From an uncultured archaeon (lineage in GTDB: Archaea; Asgardarchaeota; Thorarchaeia; Thorarchaeales; Thorarchaeaceae): a stretch of DNA of 16,788 nt. The notes beneath the pieces were generated by a model. The model was not told the origin of the DNA. It worked only from the letters and a program-made list of their open reading frames with translations, and made no database searches. Shown one piece after another: positions 7,962-15,911 of this stretch. The stretch lies in assembly GCA_964473825.1 (NCBI GenBank), contig CAYYQL010000048.1:1-16788 (forward strand), written 5' to 3'. The position numbers and the translations under genes are program-made. Every line of letters begins with the position of its first letter. The first letter of the stretch is position 1.

Positions 7962-8464
7962 AACACCCCCTCTTTCACCAGGAGAGCCACAGGTCTCGCG
8001 GTCTTCTTCATCCTGTCAGACGCCGATTCAATGGTCTGTTCCCAGTTCTCCTCCCTCAGTTCCCAATACGGAACCAAATAGGCGTCCAAGACGCTTCCCG
8101 TCACGTTCCCCATGAGGGAGTGTTCTGGAAAGTCGCGGTCTGGCTCAAGCCCACGCCAGCTGATAATCAGCAGCATGGGCAATCTATAGAGCTGAGCAAG
8201 TGACGTCAGTGCATCACCAATCGTTGCAAATCCGGAGTTCTGCATGATCACAAAGGCACGGGCACCACCGAAGGCCACGCCCGAGGCAATACCTACTGCC
8301 TCATCCTCCCTCGTTGCTGGGATGTACCTGATCGAGTCAGTTAGCTCGAGTTCGTCTATCACTCGTGAGAAGTACGAACACGGAACTCCTGATGCAAAAG
8401 CGAACCCCTGCTCTCGCAGAAGATGGAGAAACTCGGAAGTGACAATCATACCCTCACGCCCCAT
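7958..8464 (-). CDS. TPP-dependent sulfopyruvate/phosphonopyruvate decarboxylase, alpha subunit (ComD-like)
   Basis: 'SGVPCS', 'TREDEAVGIASG', 'IMQNSGF', 'LY.LPML.IISWRG' and 'PEH.LMG'. Alternative start at ATG 8449. Confidence 0.85.
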   Translation of the reverse strand: MGREGMIVTSEFLHLLREQGFAFASGVPCSYFSRVIDELELTDSIRYIPATREDEAVGIASGVAFGGARAFVIMQNSGFATIGDALTSLAQLYRLPMLLIISWRGLEPDRDFPEHSLMGNVTGSVLDAYLVPYWELREENWEQTIESASDRMKKTARPVALLVKEGVL

Positions 8465-8622
8465 TCTCCTGACTTAAATCTCGCGATTCTAGGGGTGGTA
8501 GAAACCGTCATTTCAGGCTGCGGTCCTGTCAAGATACTTGGAACACGTGTTCTAAATGGCGAAAGTCATGTTGCTGGATGAGAGGATTCCAAGGTTCTTT
8601 GCTCAATCTACGGAACAATCCG

Positions 8623-8993
8623 CTATCCGTTCTCACGCTGTGACAGCTGGAGCAGGTTGCCGTCAGGGTCTCTGACCGTGGCATACCACCCTGTTTCGAT
8701 CTCGATTATTGGAGGGCTGCCCAGCAATCCCACCGAGTTCTCTTGAAGAGCCCGTATAGTGCTCTTCAGATCGTCTACCAGCAATGGGACTATAAACCTC
8801 TGTTGCACTCCGTCGTGGCCCTGATGCATCCCAAACCGTGACACCATGGAGTCCCCGGGAAAACGGAACTCTACCCAGTCCTCTCTAGAGGGGGGCGCCC
8901 GTCAGCACGACTCCCAGGCATCTGCTCATACCACTCTGAGAGCGTCTTCAGGTCTTCCGCATAGAGGAAAGCACCATCAATGCCTTGAATCAT
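8623..8993 (-). pseudogene. Frameshifted VOC (glyoxalase/bleomycin-resistance) family gene
   Basis: The N-part 'MIQGIDGAFLYAEDLKTLSEWYEQM' (ATG 8993) and the C-part 'EDWVEFRF...RFGMH...LVDDLKSTI..L....V...GWYATVRDPDGNLLQL' are in different frames. The break lies at about 8885-8918. Confidence 0.7.
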
Positions 8994-9056
8994 AGTCCAT
9001 TGTCTGTTGGAAATGCTGAAACACCTCTGTCTGTAAGAGGACACTGCTGCGCCCAT

Positions 9057-9839
9057 TCAGAGTGAGAACTGATCTCGAAATCTGCTGCTTCGATAGCATG
9101 CCTTGATACATTTTCCACAGACATCCTCAGTGATGCCCTTGGACTGAAGAAACAGCATGTATCGACGACAGTTCTCCCTGTAGTCGGGGAGATCTTCGCG
9201 ATGTCTGATGAAGCCACAAGCATCCTCACAGGCCGTGCAGTCACCGCATCTTGACTCCATTCTCGTCCCGTGCACAAACGGTATTCCAGTGATAATCGAC
9301 GCGAATCTTATGGCGCAACTGAACCTCTCGTGTATGACGAGCTGATTCTTCCCCCTCCATCCAATCCCTGCGTGCTCTGCTACCACCCTATGAGAGATGA
9401 CCATGGGGAAGTACTCATGCACGTGATTTATGTCATCGATGACTCCGCCCATTTTTGCCTTCAGCGGAACACCATCAAACCGCGATGCAATCCGCTCAGC
9501 TAGCCTGTTCAGCACCTGATTCAGTCGGTCATACTCCTGTGCATACCTGTCCCAGCGTAGATAGTCGGGACTATGATTCCGTTTCGTATCGATGCAGTCA
9601 ATGACAGGGTCCCGATATGCGACTGCGATGCTTATTATAGATCCCAAGTCGTAAAGAGAGTCAAAGTCACTTCCCACAGTCTCCCGAAGTTTGGTCTTCT
9701 GAGCATCCATCAGGTCGTCGTATACGACACTGAAACTCGCGACCCCGATGACGCCCCTCTCACGTTCCTCTTGGACCAGTTGGTGAAAGAACTCTGATAG
9801 CTCTTGGGTGTTCTCTTCAGCGTCGTTCATCCGATCCAT
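9057..9839 (-). CDS. Epoxyqueuosine reductase (QueG)/reductive dehalogenase-like 2x[4Fe-4S] protein
   Basis: 'ISHRVVAEHAGIGWRGKNQLVI...IRFASIIT', CxxCxxCxxxC (CGDCTACEDAC) and a second cluster motif C..CGKCIKAC. Confidence 0.8.
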   Translation of the reverse strand: MDRMNDAEENTQELSEFFHQLVQEERERGVIGVASFSVVYDDLMDAQKTKLRETVGSDFDSLYDLGSIISIAVAYRDPVIDCIDTKRNHSPDYLRWDRYAQEYDRLNQVLNRLAERIASRFDGVPLKAKMGGVIDDINHVHEYFPMVISHRVVAEHAGIGWRGKNQLVIHERFSCAIRFASIITGIPFVHGTRMESRCGDCTACEDACGFIRHREDLPDYRENCRRYMLFLQSKGITEDVCGKCIKACYRSSRFRDQFSL

Positions 9840-10039
9840 CTCGATACTCTCTTACAAGTCACTCATCCATCGTCTCTTATATCGGATGTGGAATAAGAAC
9901 GAGGGGGATTGTCACAGAGAGAGAGCAGTCTAGTCGTGGTTCTCGTAGGCTTGGCACACCGTGACCTTCGGGCCTGCAGAAGGTGTAGAGAGATCGTCGT
10001 TACGTGTTGCTCTTACTTCATGGATGTCTGCAAGCAGTG

Positions 10040-10675
10040 CTAGGCAGTCTTCTTGGCGAATATCCAGTATTGCCTCTCGCCACCAAGACTCAATACTCCT
10101 TCAGACAATATCTCAAATCCCAAGTCTTTCACAACTGCCAGTGTCTTCTTCGGTTCGTTCGTGCTCCACAACATGGGTTCGCCAAAGAATCGGCTCATCC
10201 CCTCGGACTCATAGACTCCTGTGTTGAGTACCAGTATCCCATCATTGCTGAGCATGCGATGGAAATTCTGAATGATTTCAGGATGGTGGGTCCGCGGAGT
10301 GTGCCACAGAGTATAGACACAGATGATACCGTCAAAGGACTGATCTGGAAAGTCCAGCATGAGGATGTTCTTCTGGTGTAATGTGGCCTCGGGGACATTG
10401 GCTCTTGCCAGATCCACCATTCTCTTGGAGATGTCAACTCCTGTCACCTCGAAGCCTTTCTTCACCAGGAACTCTGCCGTAGGTCTTCCAACGCCACAGC
10501 CTGCATCCAGAACCCGACCTGAAGAGGGGAGTAGGTCAGAGAACTGCTCCAGCTCATCCCTGAACTTGTTGTTGTCCCTGTGGTTGTGATATGTTTCTCC
10601 CATCTTGTCGTAGCTCTCTTCCACTGTCTTGAATATCTCCAAGAATACCAAATCCTCCTGTGGATCACTGACCAA
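10040..10675 (-). CDS. Class I SAM-dependent methyltransferase
   Basis: 'VLDAGCGVG', 'VTGVDIS..MV..AR', 'SFDGII' and 'L...GIL'. TTG start is uncertain. Confidence 0.9.
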   Translation of the reverse strand: MVSDPQEDLVFLEIFKTVEESYDKMGETYHNHRDNNKFRDELEQFSDLLPSSGRVLDAGCGVGRPTAEFLVKKGFEVTGVDISKRMVDLARANVPEATLHQKNILMLDFPDQSFDGIICVYTLWHTPRTHHPEIIQNFHRMLSNDGILVLNTGVYESEGMSRFFGEPMLWSTNEPKKTLAVVKDLGFEILSEGVLSLGGERQYWIFAKKTA

Positions 10676-11098
10676 TTAAGTACCGCCAGAACGTAGTGCG
10701 TCAAACCATGTACATGTTAACAATATTTAACTGCTGTGCTGAAGGCACAAGGCATCAGTCCCATCTCTCTAAGGAGAGCACCTGCCAATCTGGGCGGTAC
10801 GTGTCATTCCGTGAGAGCGACTCCAATTAGAAGCGACAAGAGCATCAATGTCGGAGAGTCAAACATGACCTTCCCAATCTTGGTCATAGATCCGGAGAGC
10901 GATAAAGTTGGCTTGCCAAGACGCCAATGGCACTTCTGTGGCGTATCGGGCTCCAGCAGTCCTTTTGGATAGAGATGAGGGTGACAGTTGGCGCTGTTCG
11001 AATATCATTCAGGTAGTATCTAAAATTACATGAGTTTATATTTTTATCAGTATATTTGGATTCTATCAGCATTAGAGTTAGAAATCAGGTAGATACGA

Positions 11099-11353
11099 AT
11101 GAGTCTGACAAAGGAGAGCCAGATCGGGAAGAAGTACACAGTGTATCTTCCAAAGGCAGTGGTGGAAGAGGTGAGCCTCAGAGAGGGAATGAAGATCCTC
11201 ATCACTGTCGAGGGAGGTCGTATCATCATAGAACCATTACTGCATCCGATTTACTTGGCCCTGAAGGGAGAGAAGTTCGCGAAGATCACACTTGAGGAGA
11301 TGGAGGCGATAAGTCTTGAAGAACAGTCCAGACACACAGAGGATTCTTCTTGA
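11099..11353 (+). CDS. AbrB/MazE/SpoVT-family antitoxin (VapB)
   Basis: 'IGKKYTVYLPKAVVEEVSLREG......VEGGRIIIEP'. Overlaps the downstream PIN gene. Confidence 0.88.
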   Translation: MSLTKESQIGKKYTVYLPKAVVEEVSLREGMKILITVEGGRIIIEPLLHPIYLALKGEKFAKITLEEMEAISLEEQSRHTEDSS

Positions 11354-11768
11354 CACCTCCTTCCTGTTGCCCTCGTTGGGAATAGAGGTCGAGGAAGAGG
11401 TCATGGACACTCTCAGGAAGCTGGAGTCCACGAAGAACGAGCTGGTGTACTCCGACTGGAGTCTGCTCGAGAGTAACTGGATTGCTGTTCGCCAGATGAG
11501 GAAAGGAAGCTTCAACGAGAGTGTGTTCCGGAGGGGACTACTCAGTATCACAAGGACGGGATACTATACCGGTGTCAGCAGCGAGGCAGAGGACTACCTC
11601 ATGGCTCTCACCCTCGTTCAAGATGGCCACCCGGATATGATTGATAATCTCCTCTATGCCACTGCTCTTCGAAGGGAATACAGCTTTCTCACCATCGACA
11701 GAGACCTGCAGGACTTTGTTACTCGGAACATGGTCCAGAACGTCCTGCTCACTCCATATGACATCTGA
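11316..11768 (+). CDS. PIN-domain (VapC) toxin
   Basis: 'ILLDTSFLLP', 'SLLE', 'HPDMIDNLLYATA' and 'FLTIDRDL' supply the PIN acidic residues. Confidence 0.88.
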   Translation: MKNSPDTQRILLDTSFLLPSLGIEVEEEVMDTLRKLESTKNELVYSDWSLLESNWIAVRQMRKGSFNESVFRRGLLSITRTGYYTGVSSEAEDYLMALTLVQDGHPDMIDNLLYATALRREYSFLTIDRDLQDFVTRNMVQNVLLTPYDI

Positions 11769-11782
11769 CCGTTCATCGGAGA

Positions 11783-11975
11783 TAGGGTACCGTACAGCTC
11801 CCAAAATTCCGGACAGACCTAGGCATCGTTGTATAGATGTTTATATACTCATGACAAGAACATCCTGATGAGGGTGTCCTGACACACGATCGTACCCTGA
11901 CAAAGCCATTCCCAGTGCCGCTCCTGGGAGGACAAAGCTTTGGTGTCCAGATTTGTCCAGCTTACAATGAACGGT
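11783..11975 (+). repeat. Dispersed ~190-bp non-coding repeat, copy A
   Basis: Colinear with 14102-14292, sharing TAGGGTA, ACAGCT, GGACAGA, TTATATnCTC, CCCAGTGCCG, CCTGGG, GACAA, TGGTG, TTTGTCCA and TACAATGAACG. Confidence 0.8.
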
Positions 11976-12038
11976 AATCTTGGCATCAGAAAGGGTCTAC
12001 CCAGGGTAAGGGCACGAACGGCCCCTGAAATCGTTGGC

Positions 12039-12290
12039 TCACTCTTTGAAGGCCCTCTCAGAGTATCTCTGCAGAGTCAGATCATCATAGACCGAATGGA
12101 AATCAACTCCCTCGATGGGTTCTGTGAACTTCTTCCAGGCCTCCTGACGCCTATGTTTCTCAGAATATCCATCGATGAGGAAACGAATGACCGTATCGAG
12201 CTCAACTTGTTTCTGGCTCCGTTTCTCAAGCTCCCCTGCAATCCGAAGTAGTTTCTCTTGAGGGTTTTCCCGGATGGAGATGATGGGCAG
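12039..12290 (-). CDS. Orphan VapB-like antitoxin / ribbon-helix-helix-like protein (CTG start; possibly decaying)
   Basis: Not in the ORF track. Hand translation gives LPIISIRENPQEKLLRIAGELEKRSQKQVELDTVIRFLIDGYSEKHRRQEAWKKFTEPIEGVDFHSVYDDLTLQRYSERAFKE* (83 aa), which has the strand-helix-helix pattern of archaeal VapB-type antitoxins. Confidence 0.6.
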   Translation of the reverse strand: MPIISIRENPQEKLLRIAGELEKRSQKQVELDTVIRFLIDGYSEKHRRQEAWKKFTEPIEGVDFHSVYDDLTLQRYSERAFKE

Positions 12291-12326
12291 GGTCGGTCAT
12301 GGATCAATGACACAACTACGGCAATA

Positions 12327-12380
12327 AGGGTATACCAACAGCTACAGAAAACCTGGACAGAGTTGGACATCTCAATCGCA
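12327..12380 (+). repeat. Partial (5' part) copy C of the dispersed repeat
   Basis: AGGGTATACCAACAGCTACAGAAAACCTGGACAGAGTTGGACATCTCA vs copy B AGGGTATATCAACAGCTATCGAAAACGTGGACAGAGTTTGACATTTCA (42/48 identical). Confidence 0.85.
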
Positions 12381-12488
12381 ATAGGTCTACTCTTGAGCAC
12401 ATATAGACTCCTCGTGGCGCTATCATGGAAATCGTTATTGCCCACTGCCGTCTAGCATCTGAACAGTGTCTGAAGAGAGTGCTGTACA

Positions 12489-12623
12489 TTGTCAGAGAAG
12501 AAACGGCTCAGCAAAATCGCCGGAGTCTTGGACAACGAGAACATCGATGTCATCAAGCGGGCTATCGCAGCAGTCAGAGCCAGGAGTAGAGAACGGATTG
12601 AGAACATCTTCACGGAGAACTAA
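12489..12623 (+). CDS. Small ORF resembling the C-terminal half of a VapB3/DUF217-type antitoxin (fragment)
   Basis: TTG start; MSEKKRLSKIAGVLDNENIDVIKRAIAAVRARSRERIENIFTEN* (44 aa). The 'L..IAG.L......IK.AI...R..SRER' pattern is typical of these antitoxin tails. The DNA-binding N-terminus is missing. Confidence 0.45.
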   Translation: MSEKKRLSKIAGVLDNENIDVIKRAIAAVRARSRERIENIFTEN

Positions 12624-12775
12624 CACTCTCTATGAGGTGTTTGACATTCACCTACATGGTTGCACTGACATCATGTCTCGGGTACAGACACAACACCTTC
12701 TGGACAGACCACCTTAGAATAGACCGAGTTCATGCCGACCTGCTCCTTCTTCCCCTTGAGATAGAGATACCTTCA

Positions 12776-12798
12776 TATACTCTGTCATACACAGTATA
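12776..12798. promoter_or_regulatory. Palindromic operator upstream of the UPF0175/DUF3368 pair
   Basis: TATACTcTGT-cat-ACAcAGTATA, 4 nt before ATG 12803, consistent with TA autoregulation. Confidence 0.5.
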
Positions 12799-12802
12799 CA
12801 CG

Positions 12803-13111
12803 ATGGCAATGGGCGATGTTCTCTCGGTACGGATTGATGAAGAATTGGAGCGGCGGCTTGCCTTCCTGATGGAGAGGCGGAAGATAGTGGACAAGTCGTC
12901 ATACGTGAGGCAACTCATTGCCCGATCTCTGTCGGATGATCTCCTCGACTATCTCGCGGAGGAGGTTGCTGCAAGACATATCAGCATCTGGAAGGCAGCA
13001 TCCATCGCAGACATCCCACTCAGGGCGATGATGAGCAAACTGGCAGAGCGTCACGTGCCAATGTACGATGAACAGGCCCTGAGAGAGGACCTGCTGTTCG
13101 CAGAGGGCTGA
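12803..13111 (+). CDS. UPF0175-family antitoxin (RHH + HTH)
   Basis: 'VLSVRIDEEL...DKSSYVRQLI...ISIWKAASIADIPLR.MM..L.ER.VP.YDE..LREDL'. Start at ATG 12803 or 12809. Confidence 0.85.
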   Translation: MAMGDVLSVRIDEELERRLAFLMERRKIVDKSSYVRQLIARSLSDDLLDYLAEEVAARHISIWKAASIADIPLRAMMSKLAERHVPMYDEQALREDLLFAEG

Positions 13112-13115
13112 TGAC

Positions 13116-13619
13116 GTGATCGCCATCATCAACTCCTCTCCCCTCATCTATCTGGGGAAGATCGGGCTCCTCAACCTCTTGCAGCAAATCTTCGACCAGA
13201 TGTTCACAGTTGAAACCGTGAGAGAGGAGGTCCTTGATTCCTCTGCACCGGAATACGCTATGCTACGCAGTGCATTCGCAGACTGGCTGGTAGTTCATGA
13301 TGTCCCGCAGAGCCCCCTCTACGCACGGCTCGCTGACATGGGCCTGCACCGGGGCGAGACAGATGCCCTGGTGCTAGCCTACCACATGAAGAAACGAGAG
13401 TCAAACTCAGTGATCGTCATCGACGATCTCGCAGGAAGAGAGGTGGCCAGAACACTGGGGCTCAGAGTGACGGGGACCGTCGGGGTCATCCTGCGGGCCA
13501 AGAAGACCGGACTTCTCACGAAGGAAGAGAGCCTAACCAAGATCCGTTCTCTCATTGAGGATACATCGTTCTGGATATCGGCATCACTCTACTCCAAGAT
13601 ACTGGCTGACTTGGAATGA
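13116..13619 (+). CDS. DUF3368-containing PIN-domain toxin
   Basis: 'IINSSPLIYLGKIGLL.LL..IF', 'V.EEV', 'LHRGETDAL.LA' and 'IDD..GR..A..LGL.VTGTVGVIL.AK..GL'. Confidence 0.9.
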   Translation: MIAIINSSPLIYLGKIGLLNLLQQIFDQMFTVETVREEVLDSSAPEYAMLRSAFADWLVVHDVPQSPLYARLADMGLHRGETDALVLAYHMKKRESNSVIVIDDLAGREVARTLGLRVTGTVGVILRAKKTGLLTKEESLTKIRSLIEDTSFWISASLYSKILADLE

Positions 13620-13776
13620 GCCATGAAGCTAATCGGCCAGTCGGATTGGAGAACACGATGTGTAGACTACAGGAGTCACCATAAGGAACGGGAATCTCCC
13701 AATACTGGCGAGATACACCCAGATCAATGCAATGAAACCATCACCTATTTTTGGCTCCTATGCGAGTGTTTCAGAC

Positions 13777-14088
13777 ATGACCAAGAGAGAGGGAAGAATA
13801 GCCGAAGAGAAGAGAACGGTTGAACTGATGATTCGTTACTACTGTGAACATAGACACGATTCAGATGCCCTATGCCCAGATTGCGAAGACCTTCTCGCCT
13901 ACGCCCAGTCCCGGCTGGAAAACTGCAGATATGGCAACGATAAACCAACCTGCAGGAAATGCAAGACTCATTGCTACAGCCCACAGTATCGAGATCGAAT
14001 CAAGACGGTCATGCGGTTCTCTGGCCCGCGAATGCTGTTCACAGCGCCATTGCGATGGATCAGACATGTGCTCCATGACTGGGAATAG
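13777..14088 (+). CDS. YgbA-family (nitrous oxide-stimulated promoter family) protein
   Basis: 'EKRTVELMIRYYC..RH....LCPDC..LL.YA..RL..C.YG..KPTCRKCKTHCY.P..R..IK.VMRFSGPRML'. Confidence 0.9.
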   Translation: MTKREGRIAEEKRTVELMIRYYCEHRHDSDALCPDCEDLLAYAQSRLENCRYGNDKPTCRKCKTHCYSPQYRDRIKTVMRFSGPRMLFTAPLRWIRHVLHDWE

Positions 14089-14101
14089 ACACTGATGTGT
14101 C

Positions 14102-14292
14102 TAGGGTATATCAACAGCTATCGAAAACGTGGACAGAGTTTGACATTTCAGCGCAGGAGCTTATATCCTCCAGCCCATGACTGAGAGCTGGTCCCTCACA
14201 CAGCATCGCTGACCACGACAGAAACCACCCAGTGCCGTTACCTGGGGAGACAACTCTCTGGTGGCCAAGTTTGTCCAACATACAATGAACGA
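14102..14292 (+). repeat. Dispersed ~190-bp non-coding repeat, copy B
   Basis: Colinear with copy A (11783-11975). Its 5' part is 42/48 identical to copy C. Confidence 0.8.
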
Positions 14293-14559
14293 TGCGCTTC
14301 TACTCATAGTGCCTATAGCTCAAATGAAGAAACAAGATGGTGAGGTGAGGGATGCAGACAGCCTCGTGGACCACGTGATTCACCAGATGACTCCGTGAGG
14401 TACTGTGTAGGACTCCAAATAGCCTGATTGCGGAGGCCTCACGTTGAAGTCAAGAATACAGACATTCCATCCTCACAGAGTTGGTTCAATGCCGCTTCTC
14501 GAGGAACACGCAAGTCACACCAGATGCCTTTCGGCTCCAGTATCAACAGGAGACCAGCA

Positions 14560-15342
14560 TCAACTCTGGTCCAGAAACTGTTTCAGACTCTGAGTGGCCT
14601 CTCTCGTGAGTCCTCGAATCACAATGGGAGAGATGGTGATATTGTTACGCTCAGTGACCTCAATGATGTCTGCGGTGTCACCAAGATCTGTTTCGCCACC
14701 TTGAATCCAGTAGTAGGTGCCGCCGTAGGGATCCTCTCTGGCCTCTATCCGGTTCGGCACGGCCGCAATAGTAGATTCGGTTATCACCAGTCTTGAGTCC
14801 TCTGTGACCCTCTTGGGGAAGTTCAGGTTGAGTACATCGATCCCTTCGGGGAATCCCTCTGTAAATATGCGTTCGATAATCCTGAGTGTATATGAACAGA
14901 TGAGGTCAAGGCCACTCTCGACCCCGTTCTGCGTGAACCAGTACTTCGACTCGACATCCTGTGACACAGCCAGAGCCGGATAGCCCTGCAGTGCGGCCTC
15001 CAGAGCGGCGCCGATCGTGCCACTGGTGAGCATACGGTGATAGCCAAGGTTAGCACCAGGGTTGATCCCCGATACGAAGAGGTCAAAGTTGGCTCGCATG
15101 GAGAGCGCAATGGGAACCGAGTCTGCAGGGAACCCGTCATGGATGATGAGTTCGTAGTCCTCGGTCTTGGAGTGCTCAAGAATCCTGATGGGATGACCAA
15201 GACTGAGAGCCTTCCCTGAGCCGCTACGCTGGCTGTCCGGAATCACTGCAAGTACATCGTTGCGCTCTGACAGGACAGACAGCAGCCGCTTCATGCCGAC
15301 ACTTGCCGGTCCATCATCGTCCATCAGGCAGATTGTGTGCAT
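14560..15342 (-). CDS. surE: SurE 5'/3'-nucleotidase
   Basis: 'DDDG', 'P..QRSGSG', 'DGFPADSV', 'SGINPGANLG....SGTIGAALEA', 'LNLNFP', 'DPYG..YYW' and 'ITISP'. Confidence 0.92.
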   Translation of the reverse strand: MHTICLMDDDGPASVGMKRLLSVLSERNDVLAVIPDSQRSGSGKALSLGHPIRILEHSKTEDYELIIHDGFPADSVPIALSMRANFDLFVSGINPGANLGYHRMLTSGTIGAALEAALQGYPALAVSQDVESKYWFTQNGVESGLDLICSYTLRIIERIFTEGFPEGIDVLNLNFPKRVTEDSRLVITESTIAAVPNRIEAREDPYGGTYYWIQGGETDLGDTADIIEVTERNNITISPIVIRGLTREATQSLKQFLDQS

Positions 15343-15629
15343 GTGCTATCTCTCCGTGTCTGTATACTCGTACCGTCATGGTTTGAATCTTGTGATAAGA
15401 GCTGGGCAAGGGCATTGTTCCCCTGTGTTCGTCAGATGGGAGAATGATGACGGTCACTGTTCTGAATCGGCAGCCCTAGGCTCAACAGCTGAAAAGAGAG
15501 AGAGAAGGCCTAGCCTCCACTCAGCCTATTTGACTATGCAATAGAATGGGGTGGTTCGACGCGGTGCCAAGGATAGGCTCTCTCCGCAGTGACCAACGTC
15601 CATCTATGCCCTCAGCCACCTGAGAAAAA

Positions 15630-15911
15630 CTAGTCCAACCACTTGTAACCTCTACTTCTATGGATTATCTCAGTGACTCGAACCTCATGGTCTACCACAG
15701 AGTAGATCGCTCTGTAGTCACCAATGCGTAATCGGAAGAGAGGTGGTTCGGTGTGCGTGATGAGCCGCTTGATGTCCGCCCCAGAACGTCTTTGAAATGG
15801 ACCCTCTTCGAGCTCCTGCAGATGCGACTTGATTCTCCTCTTCTGCCTGGGGTCCAGTAGAGCCAGTTGAGCCACTGCAGTCTTTGATAGGAAGATGCTA
15901 TAACTGGTCAA
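15630..15911 (-). CDS. RelE/ParE-family toxin
   Basis: TTG 15911 behind GAGGAG; 'YSIFLSKTA..QL..LD.....RIK..L..L...P.......DIKRL......FRLRIGDYRAIY.V....V.V.EI.HR..GY'. Confidence 0.88.
   Translation of the reverse strand: MTSYSIFLSKTAVAQLALLDPRQKRRIKSHLQELEEGPFQRRSGADIKRLITHTEPPLFRLRIGDYRAIYSVVDHEVRVTEIIHRSRGYKWLD

Noticed and set aside
11865-11900. C/D-box-like motifs in repeat A (CTGATGA...CTGA...CTGA)
   Set aside because: The spacers are too short for guide regions, there is no C' box, and the C box is not conserved in copy B.
11768-11975. 9-bp terminal inverted repeat ACCGTTCAT/ATGAACGGT around copy A (MITE-like)
   Set aside because: No target-site duplication and no matching left end in copy B, so it is not called a mobile element. 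MITE is kept only as an alternative hypothesis.
12333-12368. attC-like AAC...GTTGGAC inverted pair in repeat copy C
   Set aside because: The span of about 35 bp is shorter than known attC sites, the motif is degenerate in B and absent in A, and no integron integrase is in the window.
11940-12455. ORFs 11940-12251 and 12258-12455 (+), separated by TAG, and 12077-12445 (-)
   Set aside because: Shadow frames of the hidden antitoxin-like gene and the repeats, with no protein-family features. Not evidence of readthrough.
12632-12802. N-terminal extension of the UPF0175 ORF; likewise the extensions of relE (to 16028), acr3 (4490), the ssb genes and the ygbA-like gene
   Set aside because: Family similarity and RBS or operator positions support the downstream starts.
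14097-14180. Short peptide RVYQQLxKTWTExDIS shared by copies B and C, with several third-position changes
   Set aside because: Too few substitutions to be significant, and copy A has an indel and a stop in this segment.
14428-14796. 122-aa plus-strand ORF and other antisense ORFs over cooC, the MTases, acr3, dpsL and surE
   Set aside because: Antisense or alternative-frame shadows of well-supported genes.
15476-15495. CTAGGCTCAACAGCTGAAAA, resembling the 5' end of the repeat
   Set aside because: Needs two gaps and has no downstream similarity, so it could be chance.
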